64,000 bases of DNA from Rhizobium sp. Q54 (GTDB lineage: Bacteria > Pseudomonadota > Alphaproteobacteria > UBA828): assembly GCA_945892755.1 (NCBI GenBank), contig CAMDDO010000002.1, forward strand, positions 58,418 to 122,417. Direction: 5' to 3'. The first letter of the stretch is position 1. Every line of letters begins with the position of its first letter. The notes under the pieces are model-generated. The model was not told where the DNA came from and did not search any database. It saw only the letters and a list, made by a program, of their open reading frames with translations. Positions 33,441 to 43,194 of this stretch are shown piece by piece. A program made the position numbers and the translations under genes.

Positions 33441-35117
33441 TCAAGAACGCAGCACCTGGCCTGATGTCGCGCCGCTCATCGTGCCATTGGCCCAAGTGAT
33501 GTCGCCATTGACCATGGTGTATTCGACGCCGCGTGAGCGCATCACCATGCGCTTGGCCCCAGTCGGCAGGTCGTAGCTCCGCTCCTGACGATCCGCCGAG
33601 CCAACCGTCGCGGGGTCAAAGATCACGATGTCGGCGGCGTAGCCCGTCTTGAGCCGCCCACGGTCCTTAATGCCGAACAGGTCGGCCGGCTGCGCCGTCA
33701 ACCGAGACACCGCGTGCTCAAGCGACATGGCTTGGCGCTCGCGTACCCAGGTGCCGAGCACGAAGGTCGGATAGCCCGCGTCGCACAGCATGTCGACATG
33801 GGCGCCGCCGTCGCCGAGCGCCATCAGGGTATGCGGGTCGGTCAGCAGTTCCTGCACGCCCGACAATGATGTGTTGAACAAAGCGAGGGTAAACTCGATA
33901 GCGAGGTCGTCTTCCAGCGTGAGGTCGAGCAAAGTGTCTATCCCGTCCTTGCCGCGCGCGCGCGCGATGTCGGCAATGGTCCGGCCTTCGAGCGGCTTCA
34001 TCGCCGGGTTGTGGACCTCGAGCACCGCGAGCCGTCCCCAATCGCCGCCGAAGACCTGCGCGCCCTTTAGTTCCGTGCGAAACGCGTTGCGGAATTCGGG
34101 ATCGCGATAGACCGCTTCCTGTGCCGCTTTCGAGGGGTCCTTAAAGACCCGGCTCCAGCACGGAAACGACGCGAACGAGAACGGATTGCGCATGTTGACT
34201 TCGCGCGTCAGAGGCAGCGGCGAGGTCTGGGGCACGGCGCCGCGATTGATCAGATTACCAACCTTGCGCAACGCGTCCTGCCAGGCATTCGGCACATCGT
34301 CGCGCTGGAAGAGCGCGAGGAAGGTGACCGGCCGCGCGCTCTCATCGAGTAGGAATTCAAGCAGATCGCGCTCCTCATCGGTCATGACCGAGACTTTCTT
34401 GGTCAGCGCGATCTCGATCGCGCCCTTACCAGTTTCCTTGAGCACATTGGCATAGGCCTTGAGCTCGGCCTGGCTCGCATTGCGGCAGGCGAGCGGCCGC
34501 CCTTCATAGCCCATGTGCTGATTAAACGTTGTGGTTGAGAAGCCGAACGCGCCGGCATCGACCGCGCCGCGTAAGAGCGCCTTGATCTTTGCGGTCTCCT
34601 CAATCGTCGCCGCACGCTCCATCGATGCTTCGCCCATGACGTAGTGGCGAAACGGAGTCAGCGGCGCGAGGAAGGCGAGATTGAGCGCCGAAGGCCGCCG
34701 CGCGGCGGCCGCGATATAATCGGGGAAGCTCTCCCAATCCCAAGTGATGCCGGTATTGAGCACATCGAACGGAATGCCCTCGACACTCACGAGATCGCGC
34801 ATCGCGATCTCGCGCGCGGATGGACGGCAGGGCGCGATGCCGACGCCGCAATTGCCCATCACGACCGAGGTCACGCCATGCCAGGACGACGGCGAGATCG
34901 CCGGATCCCAACAGATCTGCGCGTCATAATGGGTGTGCGGATCGATGAAGCCCGGCGCCACGACGCAATCGGCGGCATCAATCACGCGCGTCGCGCCCTC
35001 ATTGAGCTTGCCGATCTCGACGATCTTGCCGCCTTTGACCGCGAGGTCGGCGCGGCGCGCCGGTGCCTCCGTGCCATCAATGACGAGCCCATTCTTGATC
35101 AGCATGTCATGGGGCAT
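33441..35117 (-). CDS. N-acyl-D-amino-acid deacylase-like amidohydrolase
   Basis: APGFIDPHTHYD, VMGNCG, LGDGGAH, DRGRL..GYAADIVIFDP. Confidence 0.88.
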   Translation of the reverse strand: MPHDMLIKNGLVIDGTEAPARRADLAVKGGKIVEIGKLNEGATRVIDAADCVVAPGFIDPHTHYDAQICWDPAISPSSWHGVTSVVMGNCGVGIAPCRPSAREIAMRDLVSVEGIPFDVLNTGITWDWESFPDYIAAAARRPSALNLAFLAPLTPFRHYVMGEASMERAATIEETAKIKALLRGAVDAGAFGFSTTTFNQHMGYEGRPLACRNASQAELKAYANVLKETGKGAIEIALTKKVSVMTDEERDLLEFLLDESARPVTFLALFQRDDVPNAWQDALRKVGNLINRGAVPQTSPLPLTREVNMRNPFSFASFPCWSRVFKDPSKAAQEAVYRDPEFRNAFRTELKGAQVFGGDWGRLAVLEVHNPAMKPLEGRTIADIARARGKDGIDTLLDLTLEDDLAIEFTLALFNTSLSGVQELLTDPHTLMALGDGGAHVDMLCDAGYPTFVLGTWVRERQAMSLEHAVSRLTAQPADLFGIKDRGRLKTGYAADIVIFDPATVGSADRQERSYDLPTGAKRMVMRSRGVEYTMVNGDITWANGTMSGATSGQVLRS

Positions 35118-35153
35118 GGCGCATCCTGTTCAATGTAAGAGATGTCGATGAAT

Positions 35154-36746
35154 CTAATAGCCGATCGCGCAGCCATCCTTGCGCGGGTCCGACCCGCCGG
35201 TCAGCACGCCCTGTTTCCAATCGATATGAATGGCCTGGCCGCCGCCATGCGGCAATTCGGCCATCACGATCTTGTGGCCGAGCCCGGCGAGTTGACCGAG
35301 CGTCGCCGCCGGCACGCTCCGCTCGCATTCAAGCACATTATCAAAATGAAAGGCGCGTGGGCTGTCGAGCGCCTCCTGCACATCCATGCCGTAATCGATC
35401 ACATTGGTGACGAAATGGGCATGCCCGGTCGCCTGATAATGGCCGCCCATCACGCCGAACGGCATGAGGCAGCGCTTGCCTTCGCCGACCATGCCAGGAA
35501 TGATCGTGTGCATCGGTCGCTTGCCGGGCGCGATCGCGTTCGGGTGATTGCGGTCATTGACCACGAACGAGGCACCGCGATTTTGCAGCATCACGCCACT
35601 TTTAGGCGTGCATAGACCGCTGCCGAAATTATGAAAGGTCGAGTTGATGAACGAGATCGCGTTGTGCTCGCCATCGACCACGGTGAGGTAGACCGTATCC
35701 TTGTGCGCGGGTAGACCGGCCGGCGGCAGCGTCGCCATCGCGCGGTCGCGCCTGATATGGCCGCGCAGCGCCTCGGCATAGGGCGCGCCGAGTAGCTGTT
35801 TGACCGGTACCTTCGCTTGTGTCGGATCGGCGACGAAGGCGTTGCGATCACGATAGGCTAGGCGCGTCGCCTCAGCCTCGAGATGAAAGCGTGCCGCGCC
35901 ATGCGGATCGAGGCCGGTCAGATCATAGCCCGATAGAACATTGAGCATGATCAGCGCCACGATGCCCTGCCCGTTCGGCGGGCATTCATAGACGTCAACG
36001 CCGCGATAGCGCGTCTTGATCGGATCGACATAGTCGGCATCGTAGGACGCCAAATCGTCGAGCGAGAGCAGCCCGCCGCATTTGCGGAGATAGGACACGA
36101 TGTCCTCGGCGACCTCACCGGTATAAAAGGCATCGCGGCCGCGCTTGGCGATTTTCTTGAGCGTCGCGGCGAGCTCGGGCTGATGGTGCACGGAACCCGC
36201 CTTCGGGGTCTTGCCGCCGGGCATGAAGATGCGCCGGGCGTTCGGGCATGGGCTCAGCTTCTCGACATTGCGCGCCCAATCCGCAGCGATGCGCGAATAA
36301 ACCACATAGCCGCCCTCGGCGAGCTTGATCGCCGGCGCCAGCACCTCATCGAGGCCTTTGCGGCCGTGATCCTTGGAGAGCTTGGCCCAGGCCGCGACCG
36401 CGCCCGGCACGGTGACGGCATGAGGGCTCTGAAAGCCGATGCTCGCGACGCCGCGCTCGACGAAATAATCGATCGTCGCAGCCTTCGCGGCCTTGCCCGA
36501 GCCGTTCAGCGCGATCGGCGGAACCTGGCCCTTCGGCGCATAGAGCGCGAAGACATCGCCGCCAATGCCGGTCGATTGCGGCTCGACCACATTCAGCACG
36601 GCCGCCGCCGAGATGGCGGCATCGACCGCATTGCCGCCCGCCCGCAGCATTTCAATCGCGGTGCGGGTCGCTTCGGGGTGCGACGTGGCCGCCATGCCGC
36701 CTTGGCCATGCACCGGCGAACGGCCGGGCAGTTGGAAATCGCGCAT
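35154..36746 (-). CDS. ggt: Gamma-glutamyltransferase family protein (no signal peptide)
   Basis: GGNAVDAA, TVPGAV, nucleophile DTVY, PGKRPMHTIIP, GVMGG, DPRKDG. Confidence 0.93.
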   Translation of the reverse strand: MRDFQLPGRSPVHGQGGMAATSHPEATRTAIEMLRAGGNAVDAAISAAAVLNVVEPQSTGIGGDVFALYAPKGQVPPIALNGSGKAAKAATIDYFVERGVASIGFQSPHAVTVPGAVAAWAKLSKDHGRKGLDEVLAPAIKLAEGGYVVYSRIAADWARNVEKLSPCPNARRIFMPGGKTPKAGSVHHQPELAATLKKIAKRGRDAFYTGEVAEDIVSYLRKCGGLLSLDDLASYDADYVDPIKTRYRGVDVYECPPNGQGIVALIMLNVLSGYDLTGLDPHGAARFHLEAEATRLAYRDRNAFVADPTQAKVPVKQLLGAPYAEALRGHIRRDRAMATLPPAGLPAHKDTVYLTVVDGEHNAISFINSTFHNFGSGLCTPKSGVMLQNRGASFVVNDRNHPNAIAPGKRPMHTIIPGMVGEGKRCLMPFGVMGGHYQATGHAHFVTNVIDYGMDVQEALDSPRAFHFDNVLECERSVPAATLGQLAGLGHKIVMAELPHGGGQAIHIDWKQGVLTGGSDPRKDGCAIGY

Positions 36747-36926
36747 CGACCTCTCCCTCTGATCGCGGGCGCACTATGCCGAACCCTGGGCCCGCCCGCC
36801 ACCTCGGCGCTCAACGCTTCTCACCGAATCGTGTCTGGCGTTGACTGGCGGGCCTGCTGCACCCTCCGCTAAGCTTTCTTCTGAAAGCGCCAATCAGCCA
36901 TCAGACCCAGACCGGGAGGTTGACGA

Positions 36927-37364
36927 ATGAGACGCGATTTGATCTTGGGACTTGGGCTGGCCCTGGCCCTTGGCGGGGGGCCCGCGCTGGCGGCCGACGC
37001 GCCGGCACCGAAGCGCGTCACGGTAACCGGCGAGATCATCGATTCCTGGTGCTATCTCAGCGAGATCATGTACGCGCAGGGCTCGGCGCACCATCAATGC
37101 GCGCTCTGGTGCGCGCGGGGCGGCGTGCCGGTCGGCATATTGGGCGAGGACGAGCAGGTCTATGTCGTCTTGAAGATGCAGGACGATTCGGCGGTGCTCG
37201 AGAACCCCGGCATCATGAAGCTGCAAACCAACAAGGTTACGGTCGAAGGCAATCTCTATGAGCGCGACAGCGTGAAATACCTCGCGATCGACACGATCAT
37301 CGATGACCAGGGCATCGTGAATTACAGCCACGAAGAATTCGACATCCAGCCGTTTGGGGAATGA
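36927..37364 (+). CDS. Secreted hypothetical protein A (Cys/His motif)
   Basis: GGAGG RBS; signal peptide ending PALA; DSWC-x15-C-x3-C with HH. Confidence 0.8.
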   Translation: MRRDLILGLGLALALGGGPALAADAPAPKRVTVTGEIIDSWCYLSEIMYAQGSAHHQCALWCARGGVPVGILGEDEQVYVVLKMQDDSAVLENPGIMKLQTNKVTVEGNLYERDSVKYLAIDTIIDDQGIVNYSHEEFDIQPFGE

Positions 37365-37367
37365 GCG

Positions 37368-37910
37368 ATGAGGAAGATCGGAACTCTCGCGGCCTTGGCC
37401 GTCGTGGCGCTCGGCGCCGGATTGAGCGAAGCGAACACTGCCCAGGCCGCCAATAGCTGGGGTCTGCCCGGGGAAGAGACGGCGCGGTTCGACGCCAAGG
37501 TGGTTGACGTGATGTGCGTGTTGACCGGCGATTGCCCGACCGACTGCGGCGCCGGCAAGCGAGTCATGGGGCTGTTGCGCGACTCGGGCGAACTCGTGCT
37601 CGCGATCAAGAACGCCGGGCCGTTCACCGGCACGGCGCGCGACCTCGTGCCGTTCTGCGGTCAAACCGTAACGGCCGACGGCCTGTTCACCATCAATTAC
37701 GGCGTCAAGACCTTCGCGCTTCAATTCGTCAAACCCAAAGACGCCGATTGGCGCGGCGCCAACGGCTTCATCAAGGAATGGGCCAAGGAGCGCGCGCTCG
37801 ACCCCAAGGACGACAAGGTCAAGCAATGGTTCCGCAATGACGAGCAGGTCAAGGCGCTGATCGACGAGCAAGGCAAGCTTGGCCTGAAGAGCAAGGGTAT
37901 CACGCCCTAA
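37368..37910 (+). CDS. Secreted hypothetical protein B (Cys motif, apparent paralogue of A)
   Basis: Starts 3 nt after A; signal peptide ending AQA; DVMC-x5-C-x3-C plus a fourth Cys. Confidence 0.8.
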   Translation: MRKIGTLAALAVVALGAGLSEANTAQAANSWGLPGEETARFDAKVVDVMCVLTGDCPTDCGAGKRVMGLLRDSGELVLAIKNAGPFTGTARDLVPFCGQTVTADGLFTINYGVKTFALQFVKPKDADWRGANGFIKEWAKERALDPKDDKVKQWFRNDEQVKALIDEQGKLGLKSKGITP

Positions 37911-37935
37911 TTTATCGCCGGGGCCCGGCGGGGGT

Positions 37936-37963
37936 TTGACGCGCTCCGCCCGCCCGTTACACT
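37936..37963 (+). promoter_or_regulatory. Putative sigma70 promoter of gmd-fcl-gmhB
   Basis: TTGACG-16 nt-TACACT. Confidence 0.5.
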
Positions 37964-38026
37964 CGGGCGCATGATCGAGCCCGATCTCTCCATCGATACG
38001 CGCGTGCCACGATTTCGGATTCCGTC

Positions 38027-39091
38027 ATGAGCCGCAAGGTCGCCTTGATTTCGGGCGTCACCGGGCAGGATGGCGCCTATCTCGCCGCCTTTCTGCTCGG
38101 CAAGGGCTACCTTGTGCACGGCATCAAGCGGCGCTCGTCATCGTTCAACACGGCGCGCGTCGACGACCTCTACCGCGACCCACATTTGGGCGACGTCGCG
38201 TTCCGCCTGCATTATGGCGACATGACGGATGCCACTAACCTGATCCGGCTGTTGCAGGAGACCCAACCCGACGAGATCTACAATCTCGCGGCGCAGAGCC
38301 ACGTCCAGGTCAGCTTCGAGACGCCGGAATACACCGCGAACGCTGACGGGCTCGGCACGCTGCGCTTGCTCGAGGCGATGCGCATTCTGGGTCTGAAAGA
38401 AAGGTCGCGCTTTTATCAGGCCTCGACCTCGGAGCTTTACGGCAATTCAGGCGAGCGACCGCAACGCGAGACCACGCCGTTTCGCCCGCGCAGCCCCTAC
38501 GCCGCGGCTAAGCTCTACGCCTATTGGATCACGGTGAACTATCGCGAGGCCTATGGCTTCCACGCCTCGAACGGAATCCTGTTCAACCATGAGAGCCCGA
38601 TGCGCGGCGAAACCTTCGTCACTCGAAAAGTGACGCGCGCGGTCGCCGCGATCGAGCTTGGGCTGCAGGACAAGCTCTGGCTCGGCAATCTCGACGCCAC
38701 GCGTGACTGGGGCCATGCGCGCGACTATGTCGAAGGTATGTGGCTCATGCTTCAGCAGGCAACGCCTGATGACTATGTGCTGGCGAGCGGCGAGAGCCAT
38801 AGCGTGCGCGAATTCGTCGAAGCGGCCTTCGCCGAAATCGGTCGCACCATCGAATGGCGCGGCACGGGCAAGAGCGAGAAAGGCATCGACACGAAGACCG
38901 GCGCGGTGCTGATCGAGATCGACGCGCGCTATTTCCGCCCGACCGAGGTTGATTTTCTCGAAGGCGATGCGACCAAGGCGCATGAGCGGCTCGGCTGGCG
39001 CCACCGCACCGGATTTCACGCGCTGGTGAAGGAGATGGTGACTGCCGATCTCAAGGCCATGAAAGCGGAGCGCCGCCCCAATCGTGAGTGA
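38027..39091 (+). CDS. gmd: GDP-mannose 4,6-dehydratase
   Basis: [39 protein letters not shown]. Confidence 0.97.
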   Translation: MSRKVALISGVTGQDGAYLAAFLLGKGYLVHGIKRRSSSFNTARVDDLYRDPHLGDVAFRLHYGDMTDATNLIRLLQETQPDEIYNLAAQSHVQVSFETPEYTANADGLGTLRLLEAMRILGLKERSRFYQASTSELYGNSGERPQRETTPFRPRSPYAAAKLYAYWITVNYREAYGFHASNGILFNHESPMRGETFVTRKVTRAVAAIELGLQDKLWLGNLDATRDWGHARDYVEGMWLMLQQATPDDYVLASGESHSVREFVEAAFAEIGRTIEWRGTGKSEKGIDTKTGAVLIEIDARYFRPTEVDFLEGDATKAHERLGWRHRTGFHALVKEMVTADLKAMKAERRPNRE

Positions 39092-40052
39092 GGCGCGGAC
39101 CCTTTATTCGCTCGATGGCAAGCGCGTTTGGGTCGCCGGCCATGGTGGCCTGGTCGGCTCGGCGCTCATGCGCCGGCTTGAGCGAGATCCCTGCACGGTA
39201 ATGACCGTCGAGCGCGCCAAGCTTGATCTCAAACGTCAAGCCGGCGTCGAGGCGTGGCTCAAGGACGCGCGGCCGCAAGCGATTTTTCTCGCCGCGGCCA
39301 CCGTCGGCGGCATCGCCTCGAACGATGCCCGACCCGGCGAGTACCTCTACGACAATCTGATGATCCAGGCGAATGTGATCGAGGCGGCGCGCCAAACTGG
39401 CGTCGAGAAGGTGCTGGTGCTGGGCTCGACCTGCATCTATCCGAAATTCGCGCCCCAGCCGATCGCCGAAGAGGATTTACTGACCGGGCCGCTCGAGCCG
39501 ACCAATCAATGGTATGCGCTGGCCAAGATCGCGGGCGTCAAGCTGGCCGAGGCCTATCGCCGCCAATATGGCTTCGATGTGATCTCGGCCATGCCGACCA
39601 ATCTCTATGGACCGGGCGATTTTTTCGCGGCCGAGGCGAGCCACGTCATTCCCGCGCTGATCGGCAAGATCCACACGGCCAAGACGCGCCGCGCTGCCAG
39701 CGTCGAAATCTGGGGTACCGGGCGACCGAAGCGCGAATTCCTGCACTGCGACGACGCGGCCGATGCGTTGGTCTTTTTGATGACGCGCTATTCCGGTCAT
39801 TCGACGGTCAATGTCGGCACCGGCGAAGACCTATCGATTCGTGAACTCGCCACGTTGATCGCCGAGATTGTGGGCTATGGCGGCGGCTTCCACTTCAACA
39901 CGCAGCGGCCAGACGGCACGCCGCGCAAATTGACCGATGGCAAAAAACTCGCCGCGCTCGGTTGGAAGGCCCGCATCAATCTTCGCGATGGCCTCACCGC
40001 GACCTACGAGTGGTATCGCGCGGCGCACGCTGATGGCCGCGTGCGCGCCTGA
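39084..40052 (+). CDS. fcl: GDP-L-fucose synthase
   Basis: [50 protein letters not shown]. Confidence 0.95.
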   Translation: MSEARTLYSLDGKRVWVAGHGGLVGSALMRRLERDPCTVMTVERAKLDLKRQAGVEAWLKDARPQAIFLAAATVGGIASNDARPGEYLYDNLMIQANVIEAARQTGVEKVLVLGSTCIYPKFAPQPIAEEDLLTGPLEPTNQWYALAKIAGVKLAEAYRRQYGFDVISAMPTNLYGPGDFFAAEASHVIPALIGKIHTAKTRRAASVEIWGTGRPKREFLHCDDAADALVFLMTRYSGHSTVNVGTGEDLSIRELATLIAEIVGYGGGFHFNTQRPDGTPRKLTDGKKLAALGWKARINLRDGLTATYEWYRAAHADGRVRA

Positions 40053-40058
40053 TGCGCG

Positions 40059-40697
40059 ATGGCTGAACGCTTTCCCCTCGATCATTCGGGCCAATGGTGC
40101 GAGGTGCTGCGGCCGCACCTTGGCGCGCCGCGCCCGGCGATCTTCCTTGATCGCGACGGCACGTTGATCGAGCTCGTCGAATATCTCGCCGAGCCCGACA
40201 AGGTACGCCTGATCGATTCCGCGCTTGCGCTAGTGCGTGCGGCCAATACGCGCGATTGGCCCGTGGTGGTCATCACCAATCAGTCTGCCATTGCGCGCGG
40301 GCTTCATGACTGGACCGCGTTCGCGGCAGTGCAACGGCGTTTGCTTGCACTGCTCGATGCGGCCGGTTGCGCGCTCGACGCCGTCATGGCCTGCCCGGCG
40401 CTACCCGATTCGAACGCACCCTGTCGCAAGCCCAATCCCGGCATGTTGCTCAGCGCGGCCCGAAGATTGCCGATCGAGCTCACCTCAAGTTGGATCGTCG
40501 GCGATTCGGCGATCGACCTCGAAGCCGGCAAGCGCGCCGGTCTTCGCCATGGCTGGTTGGCGCCGACCGGCTATGGCTCACGCGATGAAGCGGCCGCGCG
40601 TTCCCTTGTCGGTTCGGGGTTTGACGCCGTGTTTCTGGAGCCGCTCTCTACTCTCGCCGCCAGACTTTCGACCGACCCGAGCTCATCAAACAAATAG
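40059..40697 (+). CDS. HAD-IIIA phosphatase, GmhB-like
   Basis: FLDRDGTL, VITNQS, RKPNPGM, IVGD...D. Confidence 0.88.
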   Translation: MAERFPLDHSGQWCEVLRPHLGAPRPAIFLDRDGTLIELVEYLAEPDKVRLIDSALALVRAANTRDWPVVVITNQSAIARGLHDWTAFAAVQRRLLALLDAAGCALDAVMACPALPDSNAPCRKPNPGMLLSAARRLPIELTSSWIVGDSAIDLEAGKRAGLRHGWLAPTGYGSRDEAAARSLVGSGFDAVFLEPLSTLAARLSTDPSSSNK

Positions 40698-41150
40698 CGC
40701 AGCCGATTGGCGGCGATGCGGCCAAAGCGAACCGCTTGGCGGCGCCGCAAACCCGTCGCCATGGCGACAAGGGGTGCTTCGCGGACGGAGCTCGGCGCCA
40801 TAGCGGTCGGCGATCAGAAGGCCGGTGTGGGGCGGCAAGACCTCGCGCGGAAAGTCGGCCCCGACCGCGAAATAGAACCGGTCGCAATGCGCCACATAGT
40901 CCGGCCATTTCTGGTCGGCCCGAAAATCGGCGAGGCCGGATTTGATCTCGACGATCGCAAACCGCCCTTTGCCGCTCAGCGCCAAGACGTCGGCGCGCCG
41001 GCCGACCCCAAGCGGCACCTCGCAGAGCGGCGTGTACCCCATCGCGTCCAAGAGCCGACAAACCCCGCGGGCAAGGCCCGGCGCCGCCTCCCCCAGGCCG
41101 AATTGGCGGGTCAGATCAAGGGTCAGAAGCTGGCGGTCGTCCGCTGACAT
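40571..41150 (-). pseudogene. mmcB: MmcB-family DNA repair protein with an apparent 1-nt frameshift (pseudogene or sequence error)
   Basis: RGVCRLL..E..L..GRRADV..IVEIKS...DF..D.KWPDY..CDRFYFAV..GLLIAD.YG. The family-like tail VREAP..RR..RFGR.AA.RL lies in a shifted frame after about nt 40787. Confidence 0.75.
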
Positions 41151-41160
41151 GACGGCCTAT

Positions 41161-41175
41161 GTTCGTTAAATGTTC
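41161..41175. promoter_or_regulatory. Alphaproteobacterial LexA (SOS) box
   Basis: GTTC-GTTAAAT-GTTC (GTTC-N7-GTTC), 10 nt upstream of the mmcB ATG. Confidence 0.85.
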
Positions 41176-41323
41176 TTGAACAACCCAATTTATGGGCCTG
41201 GCCCGCCATTCCGCAAGCCCCGCGTGGCGCCGGCGCCTGCGGGTTAAGGTTTTGTTTGACGCTCATCGGGCTTACTCCCGCCATGCCCAATTCGAGAGCC
41301 CGTCGCGGGCGCATCGGCCTGTC

Positions 41324-42592
41324 ATGACCAGTAGGTGGACCGTCTATAACCCTGCGGTGCAGGTGGAGACCGATCTCCATGACTGCGCGTATCGACTCGC
41401 GCGCTTGACCGACAGCCACAAGCGGGTGGCGCTGCACCTCAATCTGTCCAAATTGCAGCCGAGCCGGCGTCGAGAACACCATATGCGGCTCGCCATGGCG
41501 GTTTTCGATTCGCTCTTGATGCGCTACGAATGCCGCCTGTTCAGGCTGAGTAATGGCGATCTGGTGTTGGTCACCAAGGACACGCCGCTCTACGAAATCG
41601 AAACCCAACTAGCCAAGCTGCGCGGCATGTTCGCTGACGATCCGCTGGTTTACAGCGCGGGGCTGAATGGCGATGGCTTTGCGACGATCGTCGATATCAG
41701 CGCCGATACCGCGGCTTTCCTCAAGCGCTGCGATGACATCCTGGCCGACGCCGAGCAGCGCACGCGAGGCCTGGCCTCGCCCACGCTATCGCCGCCGATG
41801 AAGAACGAGGCGCGCGCGCTCGACATGCAGGGTTTGGCGATGCTCGACAGCGCGCTCTCGGCGACGTCGATCGGGCCGTTCTTGCGTCAACAGGCGGTCG
41901 TCTTGATCTCAGAGGACGGCGACGCGGAAACCGTCTTCACCGAGCTCTATGTCTCGATTCCCGAGCTGCAGCGTGCGCTCGCGCCGCAGGCCGACATCGA
42001 AGCCGATCCCTGGATTTTTCTTGGTCTGACGCACCTGCTCGATCGCAAGGTGCTGGCTCATCTCAACGCCGCCGGTGCGACCCCGCTGCCGCGCCCGGCA
42101 AGCCTGAATCTGTGCTTGTCCGGGCTCGACCACGCCATGCTCGACGGACTGATGAGATTGCAGAGCCGCTACCGTGAATGGCGCACCATCATCGAGACGC
42201 CGCATCTGGAGCCGTTTGTCGATCTCGCGGGCTACATGGAAAAGGCCGCGCGTCTGCGCGAGATGGGCTTTCGGATTTGCCTGGACGGTCTCTGCCACCA
42301 CACGCTGCCGCTGATCGATCGCGAACGGCTCAACGCTGATTTCCTCAAGATCCGCTGGAGCCCGGCGCTTGAGCGTGAAGGCCTCGCGGCGCCACTCGGC
42401 CGGCTCGCCGCGGCGGTTCAGCGGGCCGGCGTGGAACGCGTGGTGCTTTGCCGCTGCGACGGCCCGGGGGCGCTCGCCTGGGGACGTTCGATCGGCATCA
42501 AGCTTTATCAAGGGCGCTACGTCGATATCCTGCATCACGGGACGGGAGATCCGCGCGGCACGGCAGAGCTCGCGCCATTCGCCCGGCATTGA
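41324..42592 (+). CDS. Degenerate EAL-domain protein
   Basis: C-terminal SLNL, IIE, GFRICLDG, DFLKI, GIKLYQG pattern; start uncertain. Confidence 0.72.
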   Translation: MTSRWTVYNPAVQVETDLHDCAYRLARLTDSHKRVALHLNLSKLQPSRRREHHMRLAMAVFDSLLMRYECRLFRLSNGDLVLVTKDTPLYEIETQLAKLRGMFADDPLVYSAGLNGDGFATIVDISADTAAFLKRCDDILADAEQRTRGLASPTLSPPMKNEARALDMQGLAMLDSALSATSIGPFLRQQAVVLISEDGDAETVFTELYVSIPELQRALAPQADIEADPWIFLGLTHLLDRKVLAHLNAAGATPLPRPASLNLCLSGLDHAMLDGLMRLQSRYREWRTIIETPHLEPFVDLAGYMEKAARLREMGFRICLDGLCHHTLPLIDRERLNADFLKIRWSPALEREGLAAPLGRLAAAVQRAGVERVVLCRCDGPGALAWGRSIGIKLYQGRYVDILHHGTGDPRGTAELAPFARH

Positions 42593-42606
42593 ACCGGCAG
42601 CGCCGC

Positions 42607-43194
42607 CTATTCGTGCGGCGAGTGCTTGCTGAGGATGCGTTGCAAGGTTCGCCTGTGCATGTTGAGCTGCCGCGCCGTCCTCGAAACATTGCGATCGCAC
42701 TGTTCGTAGATGCGCTGGATATGCTCCCAGCGCACCCGGTCGGCCGACATTGGGTTTTCAGGCGGCGCGGGCAATTTGGTCCCGGTCGCGTTGAGCGCGC
42801 GGTCGATATCGTCGGCATCGGCCGGCTTGGCCAGATAGTCGATCGCGCCGACCTTAACCGCGGTAACCGCGGTGGCGATATTGCCATAGCCGGTCAGCAT
42901 GACGATGCGCATATCGGGACGAACCGCGTGCAATTCGCGCACGACCTCGAGCCCATTGCCACCCGGCATGCGGAGATCGACCACGGCGTAATCAGGCCGC
43001 AGCCGATGCCCGAGCGCGATCGCCTCGGCAACGTCGGACGCGGTCGAAACCTTGTAGCCGCGCCGCCCCATCGCGGTGGCGAGGCGTTGGCGCAGCGCCT
43101 CGTCGTCATCGACGATAAGCAACGAGCGCGCCGCGGCGCCCGACTTGATCGGGTCCGCCGTGACGTCCGGCGGCAAATCGCTCCGCTCGCTCAT
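42607..43194 (-). CDS. regA: Redox response regulator RegA/PrrA/ActR
   Basis: LLIVDDD, AVVDLR, LTGYGNIATAV, PPENPMSADRVRWEHIQR, NMHRRTLQRIL. Confidence 0.97.
   Translation of the reverse strand: MSERSDLPPDVTADPIKSGAAARSLLIVDDDEALRQRLATAMGRRGYKVSTASDVAEAIALGHRLRPDYAVVDLRMPGGNGLEVVRELHAVRPDMRIVMLTGYGNIATAVTAVKVGAIDYLAKPADADDIDRALNATGTKLPAPPENPMSADRVRWEHIQRIYEQCDRNVSRTARQLNMHRRTLQRILSKHSPHE

Noticed and set aside
41165-41180. CtrA site TTAA-N7-TGAA
   Set aside because: Imperfect match, better explained by the overlapping exact GTTC-N7-GTTC LexA box in front of mmcB.
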